This document shows, one piece after another, positions 17,775 through 27,414 of a DNA stretch of 64,000 nt; position 1 is the stretch's first letter; each line of letters starts with the position of its first letter. A program made the translations under genes and the position numbers. The notes below the pieces were generated by a model. That model searched no databases and had not been told where the DNA came from. It saw only the letters and a list, made by a program, of their open reading frames with translations. The stretch lies in NCBI GenBank assembly GCA_030679955.1, contig JAUXSF010000026.1, forward strand, positions 112,981-176,980, given 5' to 3'. The stretch comes from Chlamydiales bacterium (GTDB taxonomy: Bacteria; Chlamydiota; Chlamydiia; Chlamydiales; JAJFMA01).

Positions 17775-18656
17775 CTAAGAAATTAGCCAGATAGTTAACA
17801 GGATCCATGTGACAGCGGTAGCGACCATATGCTTATCACCCAGCAGCTCCTTGGCAGGGTTTTCCCCAGCATGCCACTTGTGCAACAAATACATGTAGCG
17901 GAAGATGCCGTAAGTAACCAATGGCACGGTGGCAATAAGATTAGGGGTGTGATGGATACGAATGGTTTCCGGATTAGTAGCGTACAGGCTATATGAGAGA
18001 ATTGTACACGCTGCTGTGATACCAATTAAGCTATCGAGTAGTTCTGGAGTGTAGTGAGAGAGTACCTTACGTCCAGTTTCATTGGTTTCCGCCATCACAA
18101 TAGCTTCAGCGCGTCGTTTTGTGAAGGCTAGGAATAATGTTACCATAATGGTGCACAGTAGAAGCCATTGAGAAGGGGGAATACCTATTCCTAAGGTACC
18201 TGCAAGGACTCTAAGAATAAAGCCGGTAGCGATGACGAAGGCATCCACTATAACGACATGTTTTAAGCGGATAGAATAGGCGAAATTCATCAGGCAGTAG
18301 ATGGCGATGATAATTAGAGCAGTCCAAGAGACCATCCAAGCTGCGGCAAAGCCAACTGTCCAGAGAATTGCCGCTAGAATGCTAGCTGCCTGAACCGACA
18401 CGGTGCCGGCTGCAATAGGTCGAAGTCTCTTCTTGGGATGATTCCTGTCGGCTTCGACATCCATGATATCATTGATAACATAGACACCGCTAGAGACTAG
18501 GCAGAAGGCAAAAGCACATAAGAGGGAACTCCACAGAATGTGAGGTTGTGTCCACGCATGGCCGAAGAACAGTCCAACAAAGACAAAGCCGTTTTTCCAC
18601 CATTGAAAAGGGCGCATCAGCCGTATTAACTGTCTAACATAGCTCAATGAACTCAC
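17775..18656 (-). CDS. UbiA-family polyprenyl-phosphate phosphoribosyltransferase (decaprenyl-phosphate 5-phosphoribosyltransferase, Rv3806c-like)
   Basis: Multi-pass membrane protein with NDIMDVEADRNHPKKRLRPIAAG (NDxxDxxxD plus the HPxK-RP motif of the DPPR-synthase subgroup). Overlaps the upstream SDR gene by 4 nt. Confidence 0.75.
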   Translation of the reverse strand: MSSLSYVRQLIRLMRPFQWWKNGFVFVGLFFGHAWTQPHILWSSLLCAFAFCLVSSGVYVINDIMDVEADRNHPKKRLRPIAAGTVSVQAASILAAILWTVGFAAAWMVSWTALIIIAIYCLMNFAYSIRLKHVVIVDAFVIATGFILRVLAGTLGIGIPPSQWLLLCTIMVTLFLAFTKRRAEAIVMAETNETGRKVLSHYTPELLDSLIGITAACTILSYSLYATNPETIRIHHTPNLIATVPLVTYGIFRYMYLLHKWHAGENPAKELLGDKHMVATAVTWILLTIWLIS

Positions 18657-19396
18657 AGCTTCAACCTCTTAAAGATCTTTTCTGGAATACACGTAATGAT
18701 CAACATGATGTAGCGCCAAAACCAGGGGAGGTAAACGATATCCTTTTTGGCCTCGATCGCCTGTCCTATTTTTTTGCCCATCTCCTTGGGATCAGCCACC
18801 AAGAACATTCCCTTTTTCCCAAAGGTCATGCCAGTGTCGACAAAACCGAGCTTTACAGTTAGTACGTTGACGCCGGATGAGTATAGGCGATTTCGCAACC
18901 CTTGTAGGTAGGTCGTAAGCGCACTTTTGGCAGTACCATAGCAGTAGTTGCTTTGTCGCCCACGATCTCCAGCAACGGAGGACAGACCAGCGATAAAGCC
19001 TGAGCCCTTAGCTTCGAAGTAATTGGCGCACTCATCTAAAATGGAGACTGCTCCCAGGAAATTGCGGTTAAGAATCTTCTGTGCTTCTGAAGGGTCTTTT
19101 GAGGCTTTGGATTGCTCTCCAAGATATCCAAAGGCTAGGACAACCCCCTCTAAGCCACCTGTTTCGCGCACGACTTCTTGGAAGAAGGGTGTGTGTGTAT
19201 CTAGTTTTTCTGCATCGAAAGAGGCTTCCCACACTTTGACGTCGTAGCGGTGCTTGATATCAGAAGCGATGCGTCGTAACTCTTCAGGATCTCGGCTGGT
19301 AAGGTACAGGCTATTTCCCTTTGCTGCCAGGTAGTTAGCCAGGGCACGTGCAATAGGAGAAGTAGCTCCTAGAATAAGAATGACACCTGTTTTCAA
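18653..19396 (-). CDS. Short-chain dehydrogenase, DprE2-like (decaprenylphospho-2-keto-ribose reductase type)
   Basis: ILGATSPIARALA Rossmann motif and YGTAKSAL catalytic Tyr/Lys. The C-terminal WRYIMLIITCIPEKIFKRLKL closely resembles my recollection of the Mtb DprE2 tail [21 protein letters not shown]. Confidence 0.75.
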   Translation of the reverse strand: MKTGVILILGATSPIARALANYLAAKGNSLYLTSRDPEELRRIASDIKHRYDVKVWEASFDAEKLDTHTPFFQEVVRETGGLEGVVLAFGYLGEQSKASKDPSEAQKILNRNFLGAVSILDECANYFEAKGSGFIAGLSSVAGDRGRQSNYCYGTAKSALTTYLQGLRNRLYSSGVNVLTVKLGFVDTGMTFGKKGMFLVADPKEMGKKIGQAIEAKKDIVYLPWFWRYIMLIITCIPEKIFKRLKL

Positions 19397-20775
19397 CGGA
19401 AACCTCCAATCTGTAGCCTTTGCGACAAATCGGACCTAATTCTGTTTTTCGGATCCACCTTAGCTTTAATTAGTTGGAATTCCTGATAGCGTGGGTACAT
19501 AGCGCGGAACATGTCTGCCTTCATGCGCGCATCCTTAGCCAGGTAGACACGTCCGTCATACTGCAGCACCAACTGATCTAGTTGGTCTAGGAAGGGAAAG
19601 AGATCGGAATCTGTCACAGCAATATCCAAAGCGAGAGTAAAGCCCTCTGTAGGAAAGGAGAGGAGGCCTTGGTCTTGTTTACCAAAGCGCTTAAGCACTG
19701 CTAGGAAGGACGCGCGCTTGCTGCTAGCTAGTCTGTCCAGAATAGCACGTAGGCCTTCTGCAGCTTTTTGCGTGGGTATAACAAACTGGTATTGGATAAA
19801 TCCCTTCTTGCCGTAGATCCTATTCCAATGCGCAATAGCATCGAGAGGATAGAAAAATGGATCGAAGCTAACCAGCCGAGGTTCAGTCTTGCGACTTTGT
19901 CGGCTGTAGTACAGATCATTAAAGCGTTGTACCGACCAGCGGTTCACGGCTGAAAAGGGCAAGGCCATTGGCACAGTAAGTTGTAGGGGGCGCTTGATTT
20001 GTAGAGGCTTCGCTCTGGTTGCGGTAGGCAGCATATCGAGCTTGGCGTGGTGACCTAAAATAACAACGCTGCGTCCAAGATCTTTGCCAGTGGCTAGGCA
20101 ATCTATCCATGCTACGGAGTATTTATCGTCGGAGCTTTCTTCCGAAAGTAGTTTAATAGCCTCATCCAAATTTCGTGCAGCGCAGTGGCGCGTGGAAATA
20201 TAGGCCGTATCAATGGGTTGTAGTTGCAGGGATACCTCTGAAATGATCCCCGTTAAACCCATGCCGCCAACAGTTGCCCAAAAGAGCTCTTGATTTTGCG
20301 TTGCAGAGCAGCGCTGAGCGGTTCCATCGGCTAAAATAAGCTCTAACTCTTTTACATGTGCACCAAAGGATCCATCGCGATGGTGGTTTTTGCCATGCAC
20401 ATCAGCGGCGATACATCCACCCAAAGTGACGAATTTTGTTCCAGGTGTGACTGGTGGGAACCATCCTTTAGGGACAAAGTACTTGATGATGTCATCGATA
20501 GTTAAGCCAGCTTCAGCTTGCAGCAAACCTGTGGAGGCGTCAAAAGACAGCACGCGGTCCAAACGCTCTGTGACGATGACATTTTCACCACTCAAAAGTG
20601 CTGCATCACCATAGCTACGTCCCAGCCCGCGCGGAATATATGGGTCTGGAAGGTCAAAGAGATCGCGGTAGCGCTCTGGCCGCACCACATTGGTGGTAAC
20701 GACAGGGTAATTACCCCAACTGGATAATGCGGCATTGTGTTGGACGGGCAGTGTCACAGGCTTCTCCTCCTGCAC
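19393..20775 (-). CDS. FAD-dependent oxidase, DprE1-like (decaprenylphosphoryl-beta-D-ribose 2-oxidase type)
   Basis: GLGRSYGD, VTLGGCIAADVHGKNHH, ELFWATVGGMGLTGII, GFIQYQFVIP and GGRVYLAKDARM all match DprE1 blocks as I recall them. Overlaps the SDR gene by 4 nt (ATGA). Confidence 0.8.
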   Translation of the reverse strand: MQEEKPVTLPVQHNAALSSWGNYPVVTTNVVRPERYRDLFDLPDPYIPRGLGRSYGDAALLSGENVIVTERLDRVLSFDASTGLLQAEAGLTIDDIIKYFVPKGWFPPVTPGTKFVTLGGCIAADVHGKNHHRDGSFGAHVKELELILADGTAQRCSATQNQELFWATVGGMGLTGIISEVSLQLQPIDTAYISTRHCAARNLDEAIKLLSEESSDDKYSVAWIDCLATGKDLGRSVVILGHHAKLDMLPTATRAKPLQIKRPLQLTVPMALPFSAVNRWSVQRFNDLYYSRQSRKTEPRLVSFDPFFYPLDAIAHWNRIYGKKGFIQYQFVIPTQKAAEGLRAILDRLASSKRASFLAVLKRFGKQDQGLLSFPTEGFTLALDIAVTDSDLFPFLDQLDQLVLQYDGRVYLAKDARMKADMFRAMYPRYQEFQLIKAKVDPKNRIRSDLSQRLQIGGFR

Positions 20776-20874
20776 ACACTGTTACCAGTTTAGGTATTTA
20801 TCGCAAAGCGGTATGCAGCGACTTTAATCCCATTTACAATGCGTAAAAGAGGTCAACGTGGTAAAGTACTTACT

Positions 20875-21663
20875 ATGAATACGAACTTAAGAGTTTTTTT
20901 CGGTTTAGAGGTTGAAGCGCCATGGCCAGAAAGGTTACCCGCTGGAAGACTCGTTCCTGCTAATGGCAGGCATATGACTGTGGCTTTTCTCGGTAATGCA
21001 AGCGAAGAACGTATTCATCAGCTTCTGAATGCTATGCCCCAACAACCTTTTTCTGTTGGAGGAGTAGGGGTTACGGACAGATGTTTTTTCACTCCAAATG
21101 TTGTTGCCTGGCATTTAAAATGGTTAGGAGATGGCTCACCCTATGAGTGCTACATAGCGGCGATTAAAGATCATTGTAAAGGCCTCAATTTTGAGATCGA
21201 TGCACGACCATTTCTTCCGCATGTGACAATAGCGCGGCAACCATTTGAGGCGGATGAATGGAAAGCAGCATTTAGTCCCATCCCGGTTGTTGTTAAGGCA
21301 TTGCATCTTTATCAAAGTTTACCGCAATTGGACTATAGGCCTATTTGGACGTCTGAGTTTATCCCTCCTTTTGTAGAGATTGAGCACGAAGCTGATATAG
21401 CTTTTCATATCCAAGCGGAAAATATGCAACAGTTAGGCTGCAATGCACAAGCTGCGCTATTGTTTAAATTTCCCGATCTAATTCCATTCCTAGAAACTAT
21501 CCCTGAAGGGGTCACTTTGGACAAGATTATTCAATCCTTGAATAGGACCATTGCAATAGCTGATAGTCAAATAGGCAGCAGTGTTAAAGCCGTTAGTTAT
21601 CACGGAGAGGTGACGAGCAATGCTGATGGCTTGCTAAGCTGGGAAATGATCATCGATGTTTAA
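20875..21663 (+). CDS. Fusion protein: 2H phosphoesterase (LigT / 2'-5' RNA ligase-like) N-domain plus archease C-domain
   Basis: Two HxT motifs (HMTVAFLG, HVTIARQ) after an RVFFGLEV start make up the 2H fold. The C-terminal 100 aa carries EHEADIAFHI..., VKAVSYHGEV and a terminal WEMIIDV, matching the archease EHTADIG / VKAITYH / ...DI pattern. Start is ATG 20875; the track start is 20839. Confidence 0.7.
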   Translation: MNTNLRVFFGLEVEAPWPERLPAGRLVPANGRHMTVAFLGNASEERIHQLLNAMPQQPFSVGGVGVTDRCFFTPNVVAWHLKWLGDGSPYECYIAAIKDHCKGLNFEIDARPFLPHVTIARQPFEADEWKAAFSPIPVVVKALHLYQSLPQLDYRPIWTSEFIPPFVEIEHEADIAFHIQAENMQQLGCNAQAALLFKFPDLIPFLETIPEGVTLDKIIQSLNRTIAIADSQIGSSVKAVSYHGEVTSNADGLLSWEMIIDV

Positions 21664-21742
21664 TGCTTCTTTGCGTTAAATACCCCCAAAATTCAAAAAT
21701 CTTACATAATGCGGCTTACTAACGCGATACCCCGGAAGACCC

Positions 21743-23170
21743 ATGTCGGATTTAGAGAAGAAAAGCCCTGGAATTTACATTCTTCCCATGCGCGGAGGCA
21801 TGCGAGTGCCGGGCCTTATAGTCGCTAATGAAGAGCTATTGGCTGACATGGAAATCGACAAACCGCTAGAGCAAGTGGCCAACGTTGCTTATCTACAGGG
21901 CATTATTGGTTATAGTATAGCGATGCCTGATATCCATTGGGGTTATGGGTTTCCGATTGGCGGCGTGGCGGCTATGGATGCTGACTATGGCGTCATTAGC
22001 CCGGGCGGTGTTGGATACGATATCAATTGTGGCGTACGCCTAGCCATGGTTCCTGAGAAGTTTACTAACTTGAACGAGAAGATTCAAAAGCAACTACTTG
22101 ACCGTATTTTTAAGCTGGTGCCTTCTGGAGTAGGCAAGGGCCATGGAAAGGCTCGTGAGCTATCTGATCAAGAGATGCGTGATCTGACTACTCAAGGGGC
22201 CCGCTGGTCTATTCAAAAGGGCTTTGGTTTTGCTGAAGATTTAGATCATATGGAAAGTCATGGCGTGATCGAAGGAGCTGACGTTGATGTAGTGAGCCAT
22301 TATGCTCTCGATCGCGGCAGGGGACAGCTTGGGACCATCGGTTCTGGGAATCACTTCGTAGAGATCGGAGCCGTCGACAAAATTTACAGATCGGATATTG
22401 CCGAAGCATGGGGTGTCGAAGAAGGGCAAATCTATATACTGATTCACTCTGGATCGCGCGGCTTTGGTCATCAGGTGTGCCAAGAAACGCTAGATAGTTT
22501 TATCTCTCAAGGTTATGCCAAAGACCTTCCCGATAAACAGCTTGTCGCAGCACCACTAAAGAGTCATGCAGGGCAACAGTACTTTAAAGGCATGGCTGCG
22601 GCGGCGAATTTTGCCTTTAATAACCGACAGCAGATTCTCCATGGCGTGCGTAAAGCCATTCATGATGTGCTGAATATAGCGCCGCAAAAAGTTAGGCTAA
22701 TCTACGATGTATGTCATAACATCGCTAAGTTTGAAACTCACGAGTTCGAGGGAGTCCAGCGTCGCTTGTGTGTGCATCGCAAAGGTGCCACTAGGGCTTT
22801 TGGACCGGGAAATTCCGAGCTCAACCCTGTTTTCCGTAAGACTGGTCAGCCAGTTCTTGTTCCGGGTGATATGGGGCGTGCCAGCCATCTGATGGTAGGT
22901 TGCGGCAATCCTATCACATGGTCCAGTGCCTGCCATGGTGCAGGACGAGCGCGCAGTCGCCATGCCTCTAAAAAGGCGTGGGAGGGGCGAGACCCTCTAC
23001 GACATATGGAGTGTCAGCATGTTCGCGTGATGGCAACATCATTGAAGACAATTGTGGAAGAGATGCCCGATGCTTACAAGAACGTCGATGTAGTTGTAGC
23101 CGCCGTGGAAGAGGCTAAGCTAGCAAATATGGTCGCAAGACTTCGCCCACACCTAGTCGTGAAAGGATAA
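21743..23170 (+). CDS. rtcB: RNA 3'-phosphate ligase RtcB
   Basis: GYDINCGVR, GSGNHFVE, HSGSRGFGHQV and CHGAGR motifs, 475 aa. Confidence 0.95.
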   Translation: MSDLEKKSPGIYILPMRGGMRVPGLIVANEELLADMEIDKPLEQVANVAYLQGIIGYSIAMPDIHWGYGFPIGGVAAMDADYGVISPGGVGYDINCGVRLAMVPEKFTNLNEKIQKQLLDRIFKLVPSGVGKGHGKARELSDQEMRDLTTQGARWSIQKGFGFAEDLDHMESHGVIEGADVDVVSHYALDRGRGQLGTIGSGNHFVEIGAVDKIYRSDIAEAWGVEEGQIYILIHSGSRGFGHQVCQETLDSFISQGYAKDLPDKQLVAAPLKSHAGQQYFKGMAAAANFAFNNRQQILHGVRKAIHDVLNIAPQKVRLIYDVCHNIAKFETHEFEGVQRRLCVHRKGATRAFGPGNSELNPVFRKTGQPVLVPGDMGRASHLMVGCGNPITWSSACHGAGRARSRHASKKAWEGRDPLRHMECQHVRVMATSLKTIVEEMPDAYKNVDVVVAAVEEAKLANMVARLRPHLVVKG

Positions 23171-23200
23171 CGAAATCCAGGCATCTCTCCCTTAAGTACA

Positions 23201-23725
23201 TTAGTCTTTGACAGCTTGTGTTTTCAGCATGGTCTTCATTGCAGATACTGAAGCATCAGGCTTTGGCAATTGTCTTAGCAAATCTACCATCTCAATTGCT
23301 ACCAGAACAGCGTCGAAGCCTTTGTTGCCAGCTTTTGAGCCTGAACGCTCGAGACCCTGCTCAATCGTTTCTAGAGTTAAAATTTCATAGATGATAGGTA
23401 TGCCAGTCTCAAGACCTACTTGGTGAACACCTGAAGAAGCATTGTTAGCGACGTGGTCGAAATGTGTTGTCGCTCCGCGGATAACAGCGCCTAGACAGAT
23501 GATGGCATCATAGCGTCCTGACAAGGCTAAACGCTTGGTAACGATAGGAATCTCATGTGCGCCAGGAACCCATGCAACTGTGACGTGGTCATCTTCCACA
23601 CCAAAGCGTTGAAAGCCATCGAGGGCTCCTTGTAGCAGGCCGCGAGTAATCAGTTCATTGAAGCGGCTGACAACGATTGCAAAGCGCATGTTTTTGGCTT
23701 GTAGTTTGCCGATAAATTCTTGCAT
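23201..23725 (-). CDS. ribH: 6,7-dimethyl-8-ribityllumazine synthase
   Basis: RFAIVVSRFNELIT, WVPGAHEIP and LGAVIRGATTHFD. ATG 23725 has GAGGTGA upstream; the track's 23782 start overlaps ribBA. Confidence 0.95.
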   Translation of the reverse strand: MQEFIGKLQAKNMRFAIVVSRFNELITRGLLQGALDGFQRFGVEDDHVTVAWVPGAHEIPIVTKRLALSGRYDAIICLGAVIRGATTHFDHVANNASSGVHQVGLETGIPIIYEILTLETIEQGLERSGSKAGNKGFDAVLVAIEMVDLLRQLPKPDASVSAMKTMLKTQAVKD

Positions 23726-23735
23726 GGTCACCTCG

Positions 23736-24962
23736 TTATGATGGTATGGACAACAAATGCCCAAGTTTTTGCTGTTTTGCACGCAGGTAGTGAATGTTAT
23801 CTTCGTTGATCGTTGGAGTTATGGAGATTCGCTCAACGATTTCCAGGTCATAGCCGTCTAAACCACCATACTTAGATGGATTGTTGGTCATCAATCGCAT
23901 ACGCGTGACGCCGAGATCAACAAGTATTTGCGCCCCGATGCCATATTCGCGAGAGTCTACTGGCAGGCCTAATTCTAAGTTAGCCTGAACAGTGTCATGA
24001 CCGTCATCTTGTAACGTATATGCTCGCATCTTATGAGCTAAACCAATGCCGCGACCTTCATGACCACGTAGATAAACAACCACGCCACAGCCTTCCTTGC
24101 CAATCAGTTCCATGGCATGATCCAGCTGCCAGCCGCAATCACAGCGACGCGACGCAAAGACATCCCCAGTTAGGCATTCTGAGTGGACGCGAACTAAGGT
24201 AGGGGTTTGTGCATCGATGTCGCCTTTTACCAATGCCAAATGCTCAATACCATCTAGTAAAGAACGGTAGGCATAGGCAATGAAGTCTCCATGCTTGGTG
24301 GGTATACGTGCGCTGGATACACGAGTAACAAGTTTCTCTCGCTTGCGTCGGTAGCGTACCAAATCAGCGATGGTCAAAAATGGAAGATCGAATTTCTTAG
24401 CGAATTCCAACAGATCGTCGCCACGCATCATGCTGCCATCATCATGCATCAGCTCGGACACTACAGCGACAGGTTGAAGCCCGGCAAGTTTACACAAGTC
24501 AATAGAAGCTTCAGTATGTCCGGCGCGTTTTAGAACACCTCCTTCAGAATAGCGAAGCGGAAAAACGTGCCCGGGGCGAGCAAAATCACTTGGTTTAGAT
24601 TTCGAATCTACCAAAGCGCGAATTGTCTTAGAACGATCACTCGAAGAGATACCTGTGGTCGTTTCATGTACATAGTCCACAGAGACAGTAAATGCAGTAC
24701 GGTGGGCTTCGGTATTTTCTTCAACCATTTGCGGGAGGCGTAACTCATCCAAGCGCTCTTTGGTCATAGGCACGGTTAAAACTCCGGGAGTGTAACGGAC
24801 CATGAAGGTTGTTGCTTCCGGGGTCATAAATTCTGCTGCGATGACGAGATCGCCCTCATCTTCCCTATTTCTATCATCCGCTATCAAGACAAAGCGACCA
24901 GCTTTTAACGCTGCGATGGCTTGTTCGACGGATTCGTCAGGGGTACGAGGTTGATTTGGCAT
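23736..24962 (-). CDS. ribBA: Bifunctional 3,4-dihydroxy-2-butanone-4-phosphate synthase / GTP cyclohydrolase II
   Basis: DDRNREDEGDLV (DHBPS) and RVHSECLTGDVF...RCDCG (GCH II). ATG 24962 is preceded by GGAGGGAG. I reject the track's longer 25085 start. Confidence 0.95.
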   Translation of the reverse strand: MPNQPRTPDESVEQAIAALKAGRFVLIADDRNREDEGDLVIAAEFMTPEATTFMVRYTPGVLTVPMTKERLDELRLPQMVEENTEAHRTAFTVSVDYVHETTTGISSSDRSKTIRALVDSKSKPSDFARPGHVFPLRYSEGGVLKRAGHTEASIDLCKLAGLQPVAVVSELMHDDGSMMRGDDLLEFAKKFDLPFLTIADLVRYRRKREKLVTRVSSARIPTKHGDFIAYAYRSLLDGIEHLALVKGDIDAQTPTLVRVHSECLTGDVFASRRCDCGWQLDHAMELIGKEGCGVVVYLRGHEGRGIGLAHKMRAYTLQDDGHDTVQANLELGLPVDSREYGIGAQILVDLGVTRMRLMTNNPSKYGGLDGYDLEIVERISITPTINEDNIHYLRAKQQKLGHLLSIPS

Positions 24963-25083
24963 TGGGCTCCCTCCAAACTGTTGGAACAATATGATGCCTG
25001 AAGGCAGGCAAAATGAAAAGACGTTATTTCGCCGAAAACAATTAGGTGCTATGCTGGTTGTTTTTTCAGCATTGGTATTACAC

Positions 25084-26037
25084 ATGAGATCACTCCTCCT
25101 CTTTTGTGCCCTATTCAGTCACTCCCTTCAACCTCTTTATGGCGATGAAGTTCAAACTGAGATAGCCGCTTATAAAGTCATTCTTGTGACAGGAGCATCA
25201 AGGGGGATAGGGTTGGAGACCGCCAAGAATTTAGCGTCTCAAGGCCATCATGTCTATGCCTCCATGCGCTCACCAAAATCTTTTCTTACCGATGAATGCC
25301 TTCCTTCTTTGTATCTGTTAGAATTAGATGTTACAGATGACCTGAGCATCTCTAAGGCTTTTGAAATTATTCGTGAGAAAGAAGGTCGACTTGACGTCTT
25401 AGTGAATAATGCTGGATGCGCTGTATTTGGCCCTCTTGAAATGGTTACCGTTGATCAAGCTAAGAAGACCTTTGAGGTTAATTTTTTTGGAACCATGCGC
25501 TTGATGCAAGCTGCACTGCCATTGATGCGCGAGCAGGGTAAAGGTTTGATCATTAATTTAAGCAGCACGTCTGGTATCCGCCCCTCACCAGGATGGGATT
25601 TGTACGGGGCCTCTAAGTTTGCTGTGGAAGGTCTATCTGAAGCTGTTGCCGCAATGTCGCGTCAGTGGAATATAGATGTGGTTGTTATTGAACCAGGTAC
25701 TACATCAACAGAATTTATGCAGCAATCCACGGAAATTGGAAGTAGGCAGACAGATACAAGCTGTGTATATAATGATTTTATGAGAAATGCATTAAAGTGG
25801 ATGAAAGAGCGACTTGCAGAAGGGCAGAGCCCCGCAGAGGTTGCAAACGTTATCTCTGGTGTAATAGCAAACGAACATCATCACTTGCGCTATCAAACTT
25901 CTGAGAAGGGAATGCAGACAGTAGCGAAGCGTCATTGCGATCCAACCGGAGAAGCTTCCATTCAAGAACAACAAACCTTAATTAAGCAGTTGTGGCAAGG
26001 TCCGCTGAACTCTCAAACAGGCAGTTCTTACCGCTAA
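25084..26037 (+). CDS. Short-chain dehydrogenase/reductase with N-terminal signal/anchor
   Basis: VTGASRGIG, NNAG and YGASKFAVEG. ATG 25084 gives the signal-peptide-like MRSLLLFCALFSHSLQP. Alternative starts are 25051 and 24991. Confidence 0.8.
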   Translation: MRSLLLFCALFSHSLQPLYGDEVQTEIAAYKVILVTGASRGIGLETAKNLASQGHHVYASMRSPKSFLTDECLPSLYLLELDVTDDLSISKAFEIIREKEGRLDVLVNNAGCAVFGPLEMVTVDQAKKTFEVNFFGTMRLMQAALPLMREQGKGLIINLSSTSGIRPSPGWDLYGASKFAVEGLSEAVAAMSRQWNIDVVVIEPGTTSTEFMQQSTEIGSRQTDTSCVYNDFMRNALKWMKERLAEGQSPAEVANVISGVIANEHHHLRYQTSEKGMQTVAKRHCDPTGEASIQEQQTLIKQLWQGPLNSQTGSSYR

Positions 26038-26041
26038 CCTT

Positions 26042-27298
26042 ATGGCCAATACTATCCTTGGAAATATCTATTCTGGCGGAGCGGGATTGTTTAACTGGGG
26101 TTCCCGGTTAGGTAAAGATAACTGCTTCTCCATAGGACAAGAAAAACTTGATCCCTCTAGTGTTGCCTATGCTGTCAAAAATTGCCCTTTAAATTGCTTG
26201 CCTTTGGTTTCGGCTAAAAACTTGAATTTCCCCGGCAGCCAGTCTTTTATGGGTATCGGCGCCATGCAAGAAATTATTTCGTTGGCTATCTGTAGCATTA
26301 ATCGACCTCTTTACGACAAGATTAGTCTGGAGGATATTGTCACAGTCCGCGAGCTTGTTCACCGTGTTGCTAACGAATCTAGTTGGCCAATGGAATTGCG
26401 GGCATTTATAATTCATAGTCTGCTTGCATACATCATTCCCTATCGCAGCGAGCTAGTGTTGAAAAAAAATATGGTCTTCACTCTGCCCGTATGGGTGAAC
26501 GGCAAATATTGCCTTAAGCCTTGTCGTTTCGATCGTACCGTAGACATTTGTGGCGGTGTTGTTACGCGTATTTTTGTTCCGGAGGATGGCTACGGATCTC
26601 CAACTTACCTGTTTCACGGCACAATATGTTGGAATATGGGAAGCGGTATGGGTGTCACACTAGCAGACGATTTTAATCCTCTTGGTATCGGAGAAGAAAT
26701 TCGTCAAGGTGCCCGTGAGACTCTTTACGCGATGCTTCGAGAGGATAAAAAAAAGTATGGCGTTGCTGCCATAGCTATCGGACATAGCCTTGGTGGGCTG
26801 GTATCTACTAGCCTTGGGATCGACCTTCCTGATCTGATAAGTAAGGTCATCTCTTTCGCGCCGCCAAGAGCTTCTTACAGTCTTCGCAAGCAATGGCGCG
26901 CTTTACAGGAATCTGGCAAGTCATGCCCAAGCATTAGCACATTTATTGGTCGCTTTAGCGCTTGGACCGATCCCATCACTAATCTGGGTGATGTATGGAT
27001 TGGCAAGTTGTTTGAAATTCACGATAGCAAAAAAGGCTTCATCGAAAGCCATGTTTTTCCTTTAGGACGCTCTTTGGATTTTTCTATTCATGAAATCGAT
27101 GTCGAAGGTGTGAACAATGCTTGGTGGCGCCGAACACGTGTTTGGTGGCTAGCACAGCGAGTGGTCGCCGCTATGGTCTATTGCGTTCTACAACCCATGC
27201 TTATTTTAAAGCGTACACTGGTAGGCTGGAATGCTGGAGGTGCGTGGAAATATGGCGTTCTCGGTCTTCCTTTCCGTCTATTTGGAAAAACCAAGTAG
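26042..27298 (+). CDS. Lipase-like alpha/beta hydrolase (GHSLGG nucleophile elbow), C-terminal hydrophobic segment
   Basis: AIAIGHSLGGLVS is a class-3-lipase-type GxSxG. The C-terminal WWLAQRVVAAMVYCVLQPMLIL is hydrophobic. Confidence 0.55.
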   Translation: MANTILGNIYSGGAGLFNWGSRLGKDNCFSIGQEKLDPSSVAYAVKNCPLNCLPLVSAKNLNFPGSQSFMGIGAMQEIISLAICSINRPLYDKISLEDIVTVRELVHRVANESSWPMELRAFIIHSLLAYIIPYRSELVLKKNMVFTLPVWVNGKYCLKPCRFDRTVDICGGVVTRIFVPEDGYGSPTYLFHGTICWNMGSGMGVTLADDFNPLGIGEEIRQGARETLYAMLREDKKKYGVAAIAIGHSLGGLVSTSLGIDLPDLISKVISFAPPRASYSLRKQWRALQESGKSCPSISTFIGRFSAWTDPITNLGDVWIGKLFEIHDSKKGFIESHVFPLGRSLDFSIHEIDVEGVNNAWWRRTRVWWLAQRVVAAMVYCVLQPMLILKRTLVGWNAGGAWKYGVLGLPFRLFGKTK

Positions 27299-27414
27299 GA
27301 GATTGGGCGTATCGAACGGACTTTTATGGACGAAGTGGCAACGAGTGGACGATATGGACCTTAAGACAGAGTTTGATCATTGTCTACAAGCTCTAATTCA
27401 TTCATGAATCGACC

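Noticed and set aside
24963-25083. Possible FMN riboswitch upstream of ribBA.
   Set aside because: Only about 120 nt are available, and I could not find the conserved FMN-element core helices or sequence. Only two short unrelated hairpins are present.
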